From: Felis catus
Taxonomy: Eukaryota
Length of the DNA stretch: 64,000 nt
Assembly (NCBI RefSeq): GCF_018350175.1
Contig: NC_058368.1
Coordinates: 152,894,001-152,958,000 of the forward strand
Direction of reading: 5' to 3'
The position numbers and the translations under genes are program-made. Under the pieces are notes generated by a model that worked only from the letters and a program-made list of their open reading frames with translations, did no database searches and was not told the DNA's origin. Below, piece by piece: positions 1 to 11,915 of the stretch (position 1 is its first letter; each line of letters starts with the position of its first letter).

Positions 1-1111
1 TTTTTTGCTTCTGCCAGCTCTTTTATATGCTTATTGGATCTCATGGATTTATCTGTTACATTTTCTCAGAGTTCTGGAAGCATATCCTGAGCTGATTTTC
101 CATTGTATTCAGTTTGATTGTTTCAATAGTCAGTGAGCTGTTTGCTTTTCTTCATTGTAATTTTTATTTGTTAAATTTTTACTTTGTTTTGTTGCCAGAT
201 AAATTTACTTTGTATCTTTTATCATCTTTTCTTTGTGGATTTTTCTCCATTCTTCCTTACTATCTTTGAGATGGATATTCTTATAAACTTAGATCTTGAG
301 TTCAGCTATCAGTTTGGCTCTGTGTAAATTACAAAACTTTAAAACTCCACTGGTAGCAGCAACAGACAGATCATCTCAGTGTTGTCAAAAATTCATTAAT
401 AAAGGTATGTGCAAGTTACAAAGAGAGTGATGTTTATTGACAGGTGGGGCACAGTGTATAAATCACAGAGAAAGTGATGACTAATCTGGATTTTGAAGAA
501 TTTATAGAGACTTCTCAGGTATATAAGAATAATGGAGTAACAAATCAATGGCTTTATACCCGTGCTTAATCTAACAATAAAGATGTGGTCCCTGTCATTC
601 TGGCAAAGAAAACCAGAATAAATCATGAAAGCTATTTTCCTCTTACTCTCCTTGTCCCTCAAACAACAAATAACCTGGTTTTTTAAGGTAGGAAGCCTCA
701 TACTTCCAGATAAAGGCAAGAATGCCAGGAGCTGCTGACTACTCTTGATTAGAAAAGGATATTTTTATTTGATGTTTGAGAAACTTAGTGATAGGCAGTG
801 ATGTCTGTTCATTGAAAGCCAGGTAATCCAGAATAATCTTGCTTTTTTATTGGCGAATATTCTTGTACTTATTTTTATTTCCCGGGTAGATCCAAAAGTG
901 AGATTAATTTTAATATTCGTGATGTTCATTATTATAGTTAAGAATAAGTGATCCATGCAACCATCTAGCTATTAAATAAAAAAATATGTTTTGCTGATCA
1001 TGGCTTTTCTTAAGAAATGATTATGCTTTTTAAAGTGCAAGTAAATTTGAAATATTTTTATACCAGTTTTTCTTAAATTCTTCATAGATTCTTCCTTATT
1101 TTGCTACTTTT

Positions 1112-1315
1112 AAAAAAAATTTAATGTTTATTTTTGAGAGAGAGAGGGGGGAGGGGGGGAGGGGCAGAGAGAGAAGGAGACACAGTATCCGAAGCAGCCT
1201 CCAGGTTCTCAGCTGTCAGCACAGAGCCTGATGTGGGGCTCGCACTCACGAACCTCCAGGTGGTGACCTGAGCCGTAAGTTGGACCCTTAACCAACTGAG
1301 CCACCCAGGCGCCTC
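1112..1315 (-). mobile_element. CanSINE, about 105 bp upstream of the first exon
   Basis: Reverse-complement head (...ccaactgagccacccaggcgcc), GA tract, TTTATTT tail; degenerate TSD tgctactttta/tgctagtttaa. Confidence 0.93.
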
Positions 1316-1419
1316 TGCTAGTTTAAAGAAGTGTTAAAGAACATGTACTGTACCATACATATCATTTAAGCAGGTTATTTTTGAAGATATTTTTTTCATA
1401 CTGGGATTTTTTTTTCTAG

Positions 1420-1604
1420 ATAACTGTTGAAGGAAAAAGCCAGGCATTCAGTATTGAAAATCGAAATCTTTTTTATGAAATACTCTGTGCTCTTATTAAC
1501 CCAAAGCGCAAAGACACTAGGGGATTCAGTCACTTCATTGAAGTGACTGAGAATTTTGCCTTTTCTTTGCTGACTGATGTTACCTGTGGCTCTCCTGGTG
1601 AAAA
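1420..1604 (+). CDS. ADGRV1: ADGRV1 coding exon (probable human exon 79 equivalent), GAIN subdomain A region; ITVEGKSQAFSIENRNLFYEILCALINPKRKDTRGFSHFIEVTENFAFSLLTDVTCGSPGE(K)
   Basis: Acceptor tttttttctag|ATA, donor AA|gtaagt; 185 nt, phase 0 to 2; translation closely matches recalled human ITTEGKIQAFS...LFYEILCSLINPKRKDTRGFSHFAEVTENFAFSLL. Absent from the ORF track because it has no start codon. Confidence 0.96.
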
Positions 1605-2379
1605 GTAAGTATTTTTAAATCATACTTGATATGTATTCCTTCGTAGTTTACAAAGTAATATGCAATGCAAATTCACATTTAAATGTTGTAACTAAGGATT
1701 ATACAGTCAATGCATTGTATCTAATGGGCAAATGAAGTAATTATTTGAAGAAAACATAGTAACTACATCAAGAAAAATGAATGTATCCTGTCAGCAATAT
1801 GTTCCTCTTGTTTTGAAGGGTCTTTTAAGAATTAAAAAAATGGCTTATTGCTTACTCTTATGATATAATAGAAGATACATTCTGAACAGAGGAAAAAAAA
1901 GGAAGGTGATTCCAACTTTTAGACATGTTTTGATGTACTGTTGTGGTGAAGTTATGGTCCAGTTTTATGTATTTGGAAGCAGCTCTCCCAGTGTTATTCA
2001 ACTTTGGAGTAGTTGTTTCATGGCAGAAAGCAAGCAAGAGGAAAAGGAAAAAATAAAATGCGGCTCATGTGCATTATCAACTATGTAATTAATTTTGTAA
2101 CTATATGTTAGTGTTCTTCAGAAGTCATGGTATTTTAAATTACATTCAGAAAGTAAATTGGATAACTAGTAAAGTGATCTAAAAATGTTTTATTTCTATT
2201 TGATTTAATATAAAAATGGCTGACAATAGAAGCGGTTAAAAATGGAGATTTCCTTCCAATTCTCGCAGAGTAATACAGGCTAATTAAAAAGTAGTGACTG
2301 GGTGTTATACACAGGGGATGAACCACTGGAATCTACTCCTGAAATCATTATTGCACTATTTGCTAACTAACTTGTATGT

Positions 2380-2519
<140 letters not shown>

Positions 2520-3129
2520 TATTATTGCCCTTACCTTTAATAGAAGAGAGCAGTTGTGGGAATAAGTGCAATTGGAAAATTAAGGTGGAAATAAAATAAA
2601 TAAATAGAAATAAAAAAGAAGCAGTGACTATTATTTAATGAAACATCTCTGATTAAAAGTGTTTATGTAATTCCTTTTAATGCCTTCATCAGCATTTAAG
2701 TCACATTGAAATTCAGGAATATTTTGGAGGCCATATTTTAAAAATCTGGTATAATAATTTCAGACATCTACTTAGTGCCCTTTATAAACTTTGACAGATT
2801 AATTAATATACGGGTTGAATATGTAAAACTTTTAGCTTTAGCTCTTAGATCCCAAGACACGTGAAGTTCAAAGAAATAGTCAATCCAGATATAAAAGGTT
2901 ACAAGGGAGATCAAGGAATAAAATGAGAAGACTGGTATTAAGTGTACCTCTGCTCCAGTCCTCAACTTTGTACTAGATTGAACAGTATGAAGTTGCCTTT
3001 TTTGTAGATAAAAGAAAGTATAATATATTGAACTTTTCATATGGTTCAACCTAATCCTTACTAAAAATTATATTTTCTTCTTATAAAAGATCATTGTAAA
3101 CAGCTGGTCAAAGATAGGGCTAGAACTTT

Positions 3130-3258
3130 CATTATTCCCATTTACAGGTATAGAAGTGGAGAGACCTTAACTCAGCTTGTCAAGGGTCACACGGTTAGTC
3201 GTGGTGAGATGTCAGTTCAGGCCTGCGTAATTCCCCATCCCTGCTGACCACTATGCCT
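3130..3258 (-). mobile_element. MIR fragment
   Basis: attattcccatttacag...cttgtcaagggtcacacggttagt...ccactatgc resembles the MIR core. Confidence 0.7.
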
Positions 3259-3889
3259 TGTGGTCAGAAGAGACTGTAACCACTTGTTTTGTAACAAGCC
3301 ACCCCTGTGGCTATAAAGCACCCATGACTTTCATCCCAGGTTAGTCCTGGGGTCTGATTTGAGGTTAAGGTACAAAACCAGCATCCTTTTATGCTGTACT
3401 CTTAACTCTAATGAGTGAGTCCTAAGGATTGAGGTTTTCTTAATGGAGTTCATCAGCAAAGCTCTGCATACCTTTTTAGGAGGCCCCTTCTCCAGTCTTC
3501 ACCACTGGTCCTAAATATCTGTCCGAGACCAGTGATTAGTTCAGCTACTCACTACCCTTTATACATGTCCCTAATGTCTTCAGAAACCTCTGAAATGGAT
3601 CATTTCTTTACTTCATGTAAGTTTGCAGTGAAGCCAGTGTGTGTGTGTGTGTGGGGGGGGGGGGTGTTAAAAAACATCCTTTATTGTTTTTCTCTCTTGA
3701 ACTGTGTTCAGCTCTGTTGTTCAATGAAATCAAATAGTTTATAACTTTATAATTCCCTATAGTGCCAATCTTTTCCTTTTGTTTTTCCATATTTGTGCAA
3801 GATCATTATGATATTGAGGTTGTCTTAGATGTGAACCATCTACCTTGCTTTGAATGTTGGCTCCCATATTTGTGACCTCAAAGGCATAG

Positions 3890-4035
3890 TGAGAACTCAA
3901 AGAGTATAGGATACACAAAAGGAGTTACCTTTCTGCCTTGTTGCCTAATGTATTCCCAGGCCTGGAATGGTCCCTGGTATGTGGCAGATCCTCAGTGGTT
4001 ATGGTAAAATGAGTGACTAGAATAAAGAAATGAAT
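3890..4035 (+). mobile_element. L2 3' end fragment
   Basis: tgtattcccaggcctggaatggtccctggtatgtggcagatcctcagt...gaaatgaat resembles the L2 terminus. Confidence 0.65.
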
Positions 4036-4182
4036 CGATATGTTTTTTTGCCATGTGTTTCCTCTCCATAGACTTACCTTTCCTTCTGAGTTGTCCAGAA
4101 GGAAACAGCATGTGCATTGGCAGTCAGCCAGGAATAGTGTGGTGTGTTTCGGGAGATCATCAACCTTTAAAGACCCAATATA

Positions 4183-4393
4183 GGGGCGCCTGGGTGGCTC
4201 AGTCGGTTAAGCGTCCGACTTCAGCTCAGGTCCTGATCTCACGGTCCATGAGTTCGAGCCCCGCATCGGGCTCTGTGCTGACAGCTCAGAGCCTGGAGAC
4301 TGCTTCAGATTCTGTGTGTCCCTCTCTCTCTGACCCTCCCCCGTTCATGCTCTGTCTCTTTCTGTCTCAAAAATAAATAAACATTAAAAAAAA
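4183..4393 (+). mobile_element. Felid CanSINE, fairly young
   Basis: ggggcgcctgggtggctcagtcggttaag head, CT tract, AATAAA/polyA; perfect TSD aaagacccaatata at 4169-4182 and 4394-4407. Confidence 0.97.
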
Positions 4394-5798
4394 AAAGACC
4401 CAATATAGAATAAGATAGGTAGGATTCATGTGTGTTTGAAAGAATCAGACTCAGGATTTTAGAACCATCATGTTGAGGACAGTGTCAAAGGCTGAAGAAG
4501 ATGATAAATCAAGAAATAGGAAGACTACATAGGGGATGATTGTTCAGGTAAGATGAAGCCTGAAATTGAAGCAGGGACATGGGGAAGATGGTACTTTGAA
4601 AACAATTTAGTGGTAAAATTACCATATAGGTGACAAAATAAGCTTCAAAAATAAGAGAGTAATCAACACCAGATTTTTTACTTGGAAAACTCTAAAGTTG
4701 TTGACCATTCCAATGTGTGTTATTTATACATTTTCTTAAGCAGTATTCAGTGGCAGCTACTGAGGGTGAAGGATTTGGGAATTGAGCAGGGATGCTGAGG
4801 AGAATGATGGCATCTAGAACAATTGGAAGCCAAGTTAAAACAATGTCAGTGTATTGAGGGCCCAGCTGCAGTTGGTCAGTGGATTTGTAGTGGTACCATT
4901 CTATATGTTAATGTGGGGTTCTCCCCCTTTCACATCAGCTGGGGTGTCAAACAGACTGTGGGATTGATTAAAGTGAGTGTGGTAGAAGGGTGTAGATATA
5001 GGAGATTAAAGTATCAGGGGGAGTATAGTTATTTCCCAGACAGATGGGCCAGGAATTTGGCACTGTAGTGTCAAAGCTGGGTAGAGCCAGTGCATGCTAG
5101 ATAGGTCTCAGTATCCCAAGGTAATGGCATCCAGGATGATGCTGATGGACTAAATCTCATTAGATTCCAGGGAGAGTGGGCAGAAGGTATGCAGCCATGT
5201 GGCCGCTGGTCTCAGCGGCATTGTACCAGGGCAGGGGCTGCAGCTTTTAGCTTAGAGTCACTGGTGAAGATGTGAGAGGCTGAATGAGGATATTAAGAGA
5301 TGAGGTTTTGGTGAGCTGTTGTGAAGGTGTGGGTGGTTTATATAGCTTGAGATGATTTAGGAGTCCTGTACAACAGGGGTCTAGAGCTTACGTGAATGAC
5401 TGGATTAAAGATAGATATTTGAAGGCACTGATTCAAATGTGGTAGTTAAAATTATGGAAGATTTTTTTTAAGAGAGAGAATATAACTAGAGAAAAAGCCC
5501 TCCCCTCCTTTCCTTTTCTTCCTTAGATCTTCTATTTAAAATTCTCAGCTCCATCTCCCAGGTTAGGGATTTTGACAAGGCATCATTATCTCCATTATTT
5601 AATTATACATACTCTCTGCTTGTTGTGGCCCATATAACTTTTAACATTTAATGCAGAATTTTTACCCTAAAATCATAATATTCTCCAAATTTTTTTAGGC
5701 AGGTTTCAGATCTGATTCATCTTTGTATCTCTTCTTTGTAACTATGATGGGTCCAAGACAAGATTTATTACATTCTTTGGGGGTTAAAAAAGATTGGA

Positions 5799-6009
5799 GG
5801 GGCCAGCCCCTGGGTGGCTCAGTCAGCTAAACATCTGACACTTGGATTTCAGCTCAGGTCATAATCTCATGGTATCGAGCACTGCATCAGGCTCTGTGCT
5901 GTCAGCGTGGAGAGAGAGCTTGGGATTCTCTCTTCCTTTCTCTTTGCTCTTCCCCTGCTCATGCTCTCTCACAATAAATAAATAAACAAACTTAAAAAAA
6001 AAAAAAAAA
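5799..6009 (+). mobile_element. Older CanSINE
   Basis: cctgggtggctcagtcagctaaac head, CT tract, polyA tail. Confidence 0.92.
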
Positions 6010-6014
6010 GATTT

Positions 6015-6142
6015 GTAGGACCCCTAACCTCCTCTCCAGGCAAGGATTCTCATTTAGTAAGTCTGAGATGTGATTTAGAAATCTGTATTTTCAAACAAGC
6101 TTCCAAGTGATTTCAACACACACTGAGGTTTGGAAGCACTTT
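6015..6142. mobile_element. MER5-like hAT DNA transposon fragment
   Basis: gattctcatttagtaagtctgag...aatctgtattttcaaacaagcttccaagtgatt...gaggtttggaagcact. Confidence 0.65.
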
Positions 6143-6703
6143 CACTAAGCCCATCTTATGCCTAGGGTGTTTAAAACAGAGTTACTGAATGGATAAAGAT
6201 CCCAGCTCTAGGCAGTTTCTCTTATCAGTCACACGGTTGGATTTGAAATGCTCTGATGGAGCAGAAAGAGATGAGGTAAACCCTTGATGAAAACGTGGCT
6301 CTGGGTGTATAAGGTTTACAATATTCTTAAATAAAGCAGAGGTTTCAGTTTAATGGTGCACCCTTTCCTCAACCCATTCCACCAATGCTGATGTGACTAA
6401 CACAGAAAAGACACAGATTGTATCTGATATCCGTGAAATAGCTCTCAGCTTTCTAAAACCTGTGGTTTGGATTACAAGGGGAATCAGGAAAAGGATGCCG
6501 AAAGTTCTGTGGAAAACAATCCTTCCTGACAGTTAACCATAAAAGAACTGAAAGCACATTGTCTTTACTGCTTCTGGGTTGGTAATGTCATGGTTGTGCT
6601 TAAAGAACAGAGCCCCTGTGTAATGCATTTTAACAGATAGAAGTGCATATGAGTACGTAAATGCGTGCCATTTTTTTCACAGCCTTTTGCTTCTCTGTTA
6701 CAG

Positions 6704-6953
6704 AAGCAAGACCATCCTTAACAGTTGCCCCTATTTGTCCATACTGGCTCTTCACTGGTATCCTCAACAAATCAATGGTCACAAGTTTGAAGGAAAAGAA
6801 GGTGATTATATTCGAGTTCCAGAGAGGTTATTGGAGGTTCCAGATGCAGAAATAATGGCTGGAAAAAGGACTTGTGAATTAGTCCAGTTTACAGAGTATA
6901 GCAGCCAGCAGTGGTTTATAACTGGAAACAGTCTTCATGCCCTGAAAAATAAG
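6704..6953 (+). CDS. ADGRV1: ADGRV1 coding exon (probable exon 80), GAIN domain; SKTILNSCPYLSILALHWYPQQINGHKFEGKEGDYIRVPERLLEVPDAEIMAGKRTCELVQFTEYSSQQWFITGNSLHALKNK
   Basis: ttctctgttacag|A acceptor, AAG|gtaatc donor; 250 nt, phase 2 to 0, completing the Lys codon from the previous exon; inside ORF 6687..6992; matches recalled ADGRV1 sequence. Confidence 0.97.
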
Positions 6954-7471
6954 GTAATCTATGACTTAAAGAATTCTGTGGTTGGAATCTGATTTTTCCT
7001 TAGTAGACACACTCCTCAGAATGCATTTGCTCGATCAGATTTGTGGTCAGGACTGCACATGGTGAGCTAATTATGAAACATGTCCCATCTTCATGAACTT
7101 ATTTGTAGAATGTGCAGTCTCAAATATAGTTGGAAATAGCTCCTTCATGTTTTCTTGAGGAAAATATATATAGTGGGGAAAGTGAAAAATGTAGCCTTCA
7201 CTAATATTATATCATATTCTGTTCCCCACTCATGATGAAGCCAGACAGTTAAAGTGAGCATTGTCTGCAGAAGATGGCTCGGTAACTCAAGTGGAGGTAA
7301 AATGTTTGCAATGAAAAACTAGTCAGATTCCCTGCATTCCTAAGTAAGCTAATTATTTAAGTAGTGGCAGTAAGCAAGTGATTTAAGTGACTAGGAAAAT
7401 GAATCAAAGTTCAGAATTGATTTTTCCTTTGATTTTAAAACACCATTTTTCTGTCTTTTTTGTCCTTACAG

Positions 7472-7611
7472 GTACTATCTTTGAGTGTGAAAGGACAGAG
7501 TTCACAACTCTTGACTGACAACAATGAAGTTCTCTATAGGATTTATGCTGCTGAGCCCAGGATTATTCCCCACACGTCTCTGTGTCTCCTTTGGAATCAG
7601 GCTGCTGCAAG
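7472..7611 (+). CDS. ADGRV1: ADGRV1 coding exon (probable exon 81), GAIN / start of GPS; VLSLSVKGQSSQLLTDNNEVLYRIYAAEPRIIPHTSLCLLWNQAAA(S)
   Basis: tttttgtccttacag|GTA acceptor, AG|gtactt donor; 140 nt, phase 0 to 2; contains the GPS C-x2-W (CLLW). Confidence 0.96.
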
Positions 7612-8716
7612 GTACTTAATAATTCTTTAAAATAAAAATTCAGTCCTTCCCCATTCTACCACCGTTGAGCCCAATTTTTGTACTGAACATACAGGGTAGC
7701 CTCAGGTGAGACTTTAGAGTGGAGAAAAATCCCTGCAATAAAATGACAAAGCAGCATTGGAAATTGGCATTATGCAGGTAGCAAGTGTAGCCCAACAATT
7801 TAAAGATGTGTTTAACACATTACTTCTTTATTATAACTGCTCTCATTGGACCTAGTGTGAGTTCTGCTCAATTCACATAACCTTCCTTTGTTTATTGGTT
7901 AATTTGTTGGGCAGGAAAGGAGATTTTTTTTTTGCCTCTTCCATCTGGCTTATAGTTCTGAATCTGATGCTCTGTGTTTAGAGGAATTAGCAGGAATTTA
8001 TAATTCTAGTCCACATGTGGCTTAGAGTACATTTTAGAATTAAACCATGCACAGGAATGAGAAGAAGAGAATGATTCTTCTGTAGAATCTCCTTGGCCTA
8101 GGGCCTCCAGTTTCTGAGCAGTTCTAATGCCTGAAGCTCCATCAGTGCTGTAGGGTCAGGCATGGCTGGCCCAGAGGGCTTAGTCACTAGGCTCTATTTA
8201 TTTCTGACTTTCACCTGCACAGACTAAAATTCTAAATACATTTAACAGCTGTGTTGGGTAACTGTCCTCCAAACAGCAAAATTCTGGTTAGTCTTTTTCT
8301 TTGTGTAAAAATCTTTTAGTTGAAATTTTGAATGCCTGGTGAGAGATCTTAAACTTAATACATAGATACTGTGCCATCCTTGATACATAACTAATAATGA
8401 ATGCTTCAAACTTGAATCTGCTGTTGTGGCTAAGAAGTTTTATGTCCTTAGAAAAGTAAAGGATTCAAGAGGCACTATCAAAGGGAGGAGGCTCAACCAA
8501 GAGTCACTGAGGAATGATCACAAGGCTTGGCATCTAACCCTGTATTTGCTGTAATCATTACAAAGTTCTTGTGTTAAAAGCCAGATATTATAGAAGGAAA
8601 CTTTTGAAAGAATGCTGAGGAACATTTATGAAATACAACTGGCTTCAAAATTTAAACAAAAATGAAGAAAGAAACGTAGAAAATCTTTTAAGTAATTTAT
8701 GTGGTTCAAAGGAATT

Positions 8717-8892
8717 GGGGTGCCTGGGTACCTCCTTAGGTTAAGCAGCTGACTCTTGGTTTTGGCTCATGTCATGATCTCACAGTTCTTGAGTTCGAGC
8801 CCCACATTGGGCTCCAAGCTAGCAGTGAGGAGTCTTCTTGGGATTCTCTTTGTCCCTCTCTCTGCCCCTCCCCTGCTTTAGTGTGCATGCAT

Positions 8893-8929
<37 letters not shown>

Positions 8930-8952
8930 AATAAATAAATAAACAAAAAAAA
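8717..8952 (+). mobile_element. Older CanSINE
   Basis: ggggtgcctgggt head, (CT)n, aaataaataaataaac tail. Confidence 0.92.
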
Positions 8953-9353
8953 TGACAAGGATTGTTTGAAGAAGGGTGAAGACTACACACGTAGTGGCTC
9001 TGTCCATCTTTTGGTATTTTTGAATGCTAGGGAGGAGTGCATCTGCACTTGGGTGTGTTTGCTTTAGATTAAGTGCTGGCACTGCTCTCTTGAGAGGACT
9101 GGCTGCTTTGGTATCAGGAATGCTTCTGCAGGTTTGGTTAGTATTTAGGCTGCTTCTTGGGGTATCTTGTGGGATCTGTTGTGTCATGTCTTAGACAAGA
9201 TATTCCCTCCAGTGTTTTTTTCTTGAAAATTGGTATGCTAAATGATTGAGTAAAGAACACTTAAGTTCAGTAAGTTACTTTTACTTTAAAAGCCATCTCA
9301 ATACCCTAAGTGTTGATAAAAGAGCAGTAGTGACCATTGTGTTTTTGTCCTAG

Positions 9354-9514
9354 CTGGTTGTCTGACAGTCAGTTTTGCAAAGTGGTTGAGGACACTTCAG
9401 ACTACGTGGAATGTGCCTGTTCATACATGTCCATGCATGCGGTCTACGCCGAGACTGACAACTTATCTTCATACAATGAAGCTTTTTTCTCTTCTGGATT
9501 TATATGTATCTCAG
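9354..9514 (+). CDS. ADGRV1: ADGRV1 coding exon (probable exon 82), GPS motif, Stachel and start of TM1; [53 protein letters not shown](G)
   Basis: gtttttgtcctag|C acceptor, TCAG|gtcagt donor; 161 nt, phase 2 to 1; W...C...CxC GPS pattern; inside ORF 9337..9558. Confidence 0.97.
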
Positions 9515-9574
9515 GTCAGTTGTGGTATTTTAGAGTCAATAATTTTGAATATTTATAAGAACGAAAGTCTGTTT

Positions 9575-9787
9575 GGGGCGCCTGGGTGGCGCAGTCGGTT
9601 AAGCGTCCGACTTCAGCCAGGTCACGATCTCGTGGTCTGTGAGTTCGAGCCCCGCGTCGGGCTCTGGGCTGATGGCTCAGAGCCTGGAGCCTGTTTCCGA
9701 TTCTGTGTCTCCCTCTCTCTGCCCCTACCCCGTTCATGCTCTGTCTCTCTCTGTCCCAAAAATAAATAAACGTTGAAAAAAAAAAAA
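9575..9787 (+). mobile_element. Young felid CanSINE (SINEC_Fc-like), 60 bp after the exon donor
   Basis: CpG-rich, cagccaggtcacgatctc diagnostic; 18-bp TSD aagaa(c/t)gaaagtctgttt at 9557-9574 and 9788-9805. Confidence 0.97.
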
Positions 9788-10062
9788 AAGAATGAAAGTC
9801 TGTTTTCCCATGTTTGCAAGATGCAAACATACTATAATTCATTAGTACTAGGGGGAAATGAATTTTACCATTGTCTTATTCATTAATTCATACAGTGGGT
9901 ATTTATGGAAGGCCAACTTGGTACTGACATAATGAATAACAAAGGTATAATACAAGATACAATATAATAATGTAATAAGATATTATAAAGAACAAGACAG
10001 TTCCAACTCATAAGGAATATACAAGACAGTGTGAGATAGAAGCTAGATAGTAGGGAAGAATA

Positions 10063-10296
10063 GGGGCACCTGGGTAGTTCAGTTGCTTAAGCGTCTGACT
10101 TCGGCTCAGGTCATTATCTCATGGTTCATGAATTCGAGCCCTGCATCGGGCTCTGCACTGACAGCTCAGAGCATGGAGCCTGTTTCGAATTCTGTGTCTC
10201 CTTCTCTCTCTGGCCCTCCCCACTCACACTCTGTCTCTCTCTGTCTCTCTCTGTCTTTCTCAAAAGTAAATAAACAGTAAAAAAATGTTTTTAAAA
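10063..10296 (+). mobile_element. CanSINE
   Basis: Head and CT tract; TSD agatagtagggaag at 10045-10058 and 10297-10310. Confidence 0.95.
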
Positions 10297-10450
10297 AGAT
10301 AGTAGGGAAGGACATAGTTCTTAGTGCTATGATGTAGAGGGCTGGTTCTGCAGTAGAATGTCAGGATTATATGAGACATAATATACAGTGTTTGATGTGG
10401 TCTGACATAAATTATAAGCATTTTGTATTTTCATTAAAAAAACAAACATA

Positions 10451-10660
10451 GGGATGCCTGGGTGGCTTAGTTGGTTAAGTGTCCAATTCTCGGTTTTGGC
10501 TCAGGTCATGATCTCACTGTTCGTGGGCTTGAGCACTGCATCGGGCTCTGCGCTGACAGTGTGGAGCCTGCTTGGGATTCTCTCACTTCCTCTCTTCCTG
10601 CCCCTCCCCTGCTAATGCTCACACCCTCTTACTCAAAATAAATAAATAAACTTAAGAATA
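10451..10660 (+). mobile_element. Older CanSINE
   Basis: gggatgcctgggtggcttag head; degenerate TSD aaaaaaacaaacata/aaaaaaacacgcata. Confidence 0.93.
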
Positions 10661-10979
10661 AAAAAACACGCATACAACCTATGAGCTGTGAATATACTCA
10701 ATCACTTTGTTAAAAAATAGTCTTTCATCTTTTACATGTAGAACCCTTTTCTGGCAGGAATAGGAACCTCACTGGTATTAATGCCTGTCAAACTATTTAC
10801 CTGTACCTTAATTTTTAATAAGTATAGAACTTTTCTCATTTGCTGTATTGATTATATGGGCAGGAGTCTGAGAATTCCTTTAACTATATTTCTCTTCCCT
10901 ACCCTTGCTTATTCCATGCCCTGAGTCATCTTTTACAGCCCCCTGCTGCTTCTGTAAACAGTGTGTTATACAGACAACT

Positions 10980-11140
10980 AGGTATAGAAGCCAGATTCCC
11001 TGGGTTCAAATCCTGGTTCTGCCAGTGGCCAGGTGTGGGATCTGGGGCAAATTAGTTAGTTTCTCTGTATACCGAGGTTTCTCTGCCCATAATATATGAC
11101 TTTAAAGTGTATTAATATAATAGGGTGGTAAACATACTAA
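10980..11140 (+). mobile_element. MIR fragment
   Basis: gccagattccctgggttcaaatcctggttctgcca...tgtgggatctggggcaaattagt. Confidence 0.75.
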
Positions 11141-11915
11141 CTCAGAAATTTCTGATCTCCTACTTTAATAATGTTTTGTTTGTAAATGTGATTATTACTA
11201 CATTTGTGTCTTTTTTACTTGGTATGGAAACAGTAATCTTTATTATGAAACTTTTGTGGAGGTAGACACAAGTAATTAATTAATATTCTTTGTCCTGAGG
11301 ACTTAAAAATCTTTCCATTATAATGTCATTTTATAAGAATATACATTTCCCTTAATTTATGTTAAGTTTAAGTCTAACATATTCAATGGCAAAAGCTACT
11401 TTCTTATTCTTAATAACATCTTTCATAAGGATAACATTTCTTGCTTGATAGATTCTTCCAGGTCCACATAGTTCCCAAATCAGGTGGAGACATCCTACTT
11501 GATTTTATTGCTAGTATATTTACTGAAATTTCATAGACATAAAATAAAGCCAAAAGGTAAAATGCTGCAGTAAAATCTGGATGTAATTTTATATATTTCC
11601 TTAGGGACATAAACTCAAGTGCTGCTATGACCCACAAAATCCCTTGCTTGCTCTAAGTATTGAACATCAAAACAGAGTTTTAAAAACTAAAGAGAGAATA
11701 TTATTGTGATTCTGTAGAAGACTAGCAGGACAATAACATATTTCCTAGAAGAATTATTAATAGATATTTTTTCCAATTCAGTCTAGAAAAGAGTACATAG
11801 ATTTGGTCATGTATTTGAGAACCAATACCTGAATATTAGTATTTGCTTTTATTACTTTTCACTTAGAGTCATATTTGAAATTATTGGGTCTTTCCCCCTC
11901 TGTCCACAACATATT

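Noticed and set aside
1..330. T-rich stretch resembling an old antisense L1
   Set aside because: Too degenerate to assign by eye.
6661..6855. Alternative-frame ORF over exon 80 (likewise 19266..19457 over exon 83)
   Set aside because: Shadow frames of real exons with no independent support.
9386..9842. Overlapping ORFs of 65-127 aa
   Set aside because: Off-frame exon plus SINE sequence; the same peptides (GAPGWRSRLS...) recur at 39130 and 52249.
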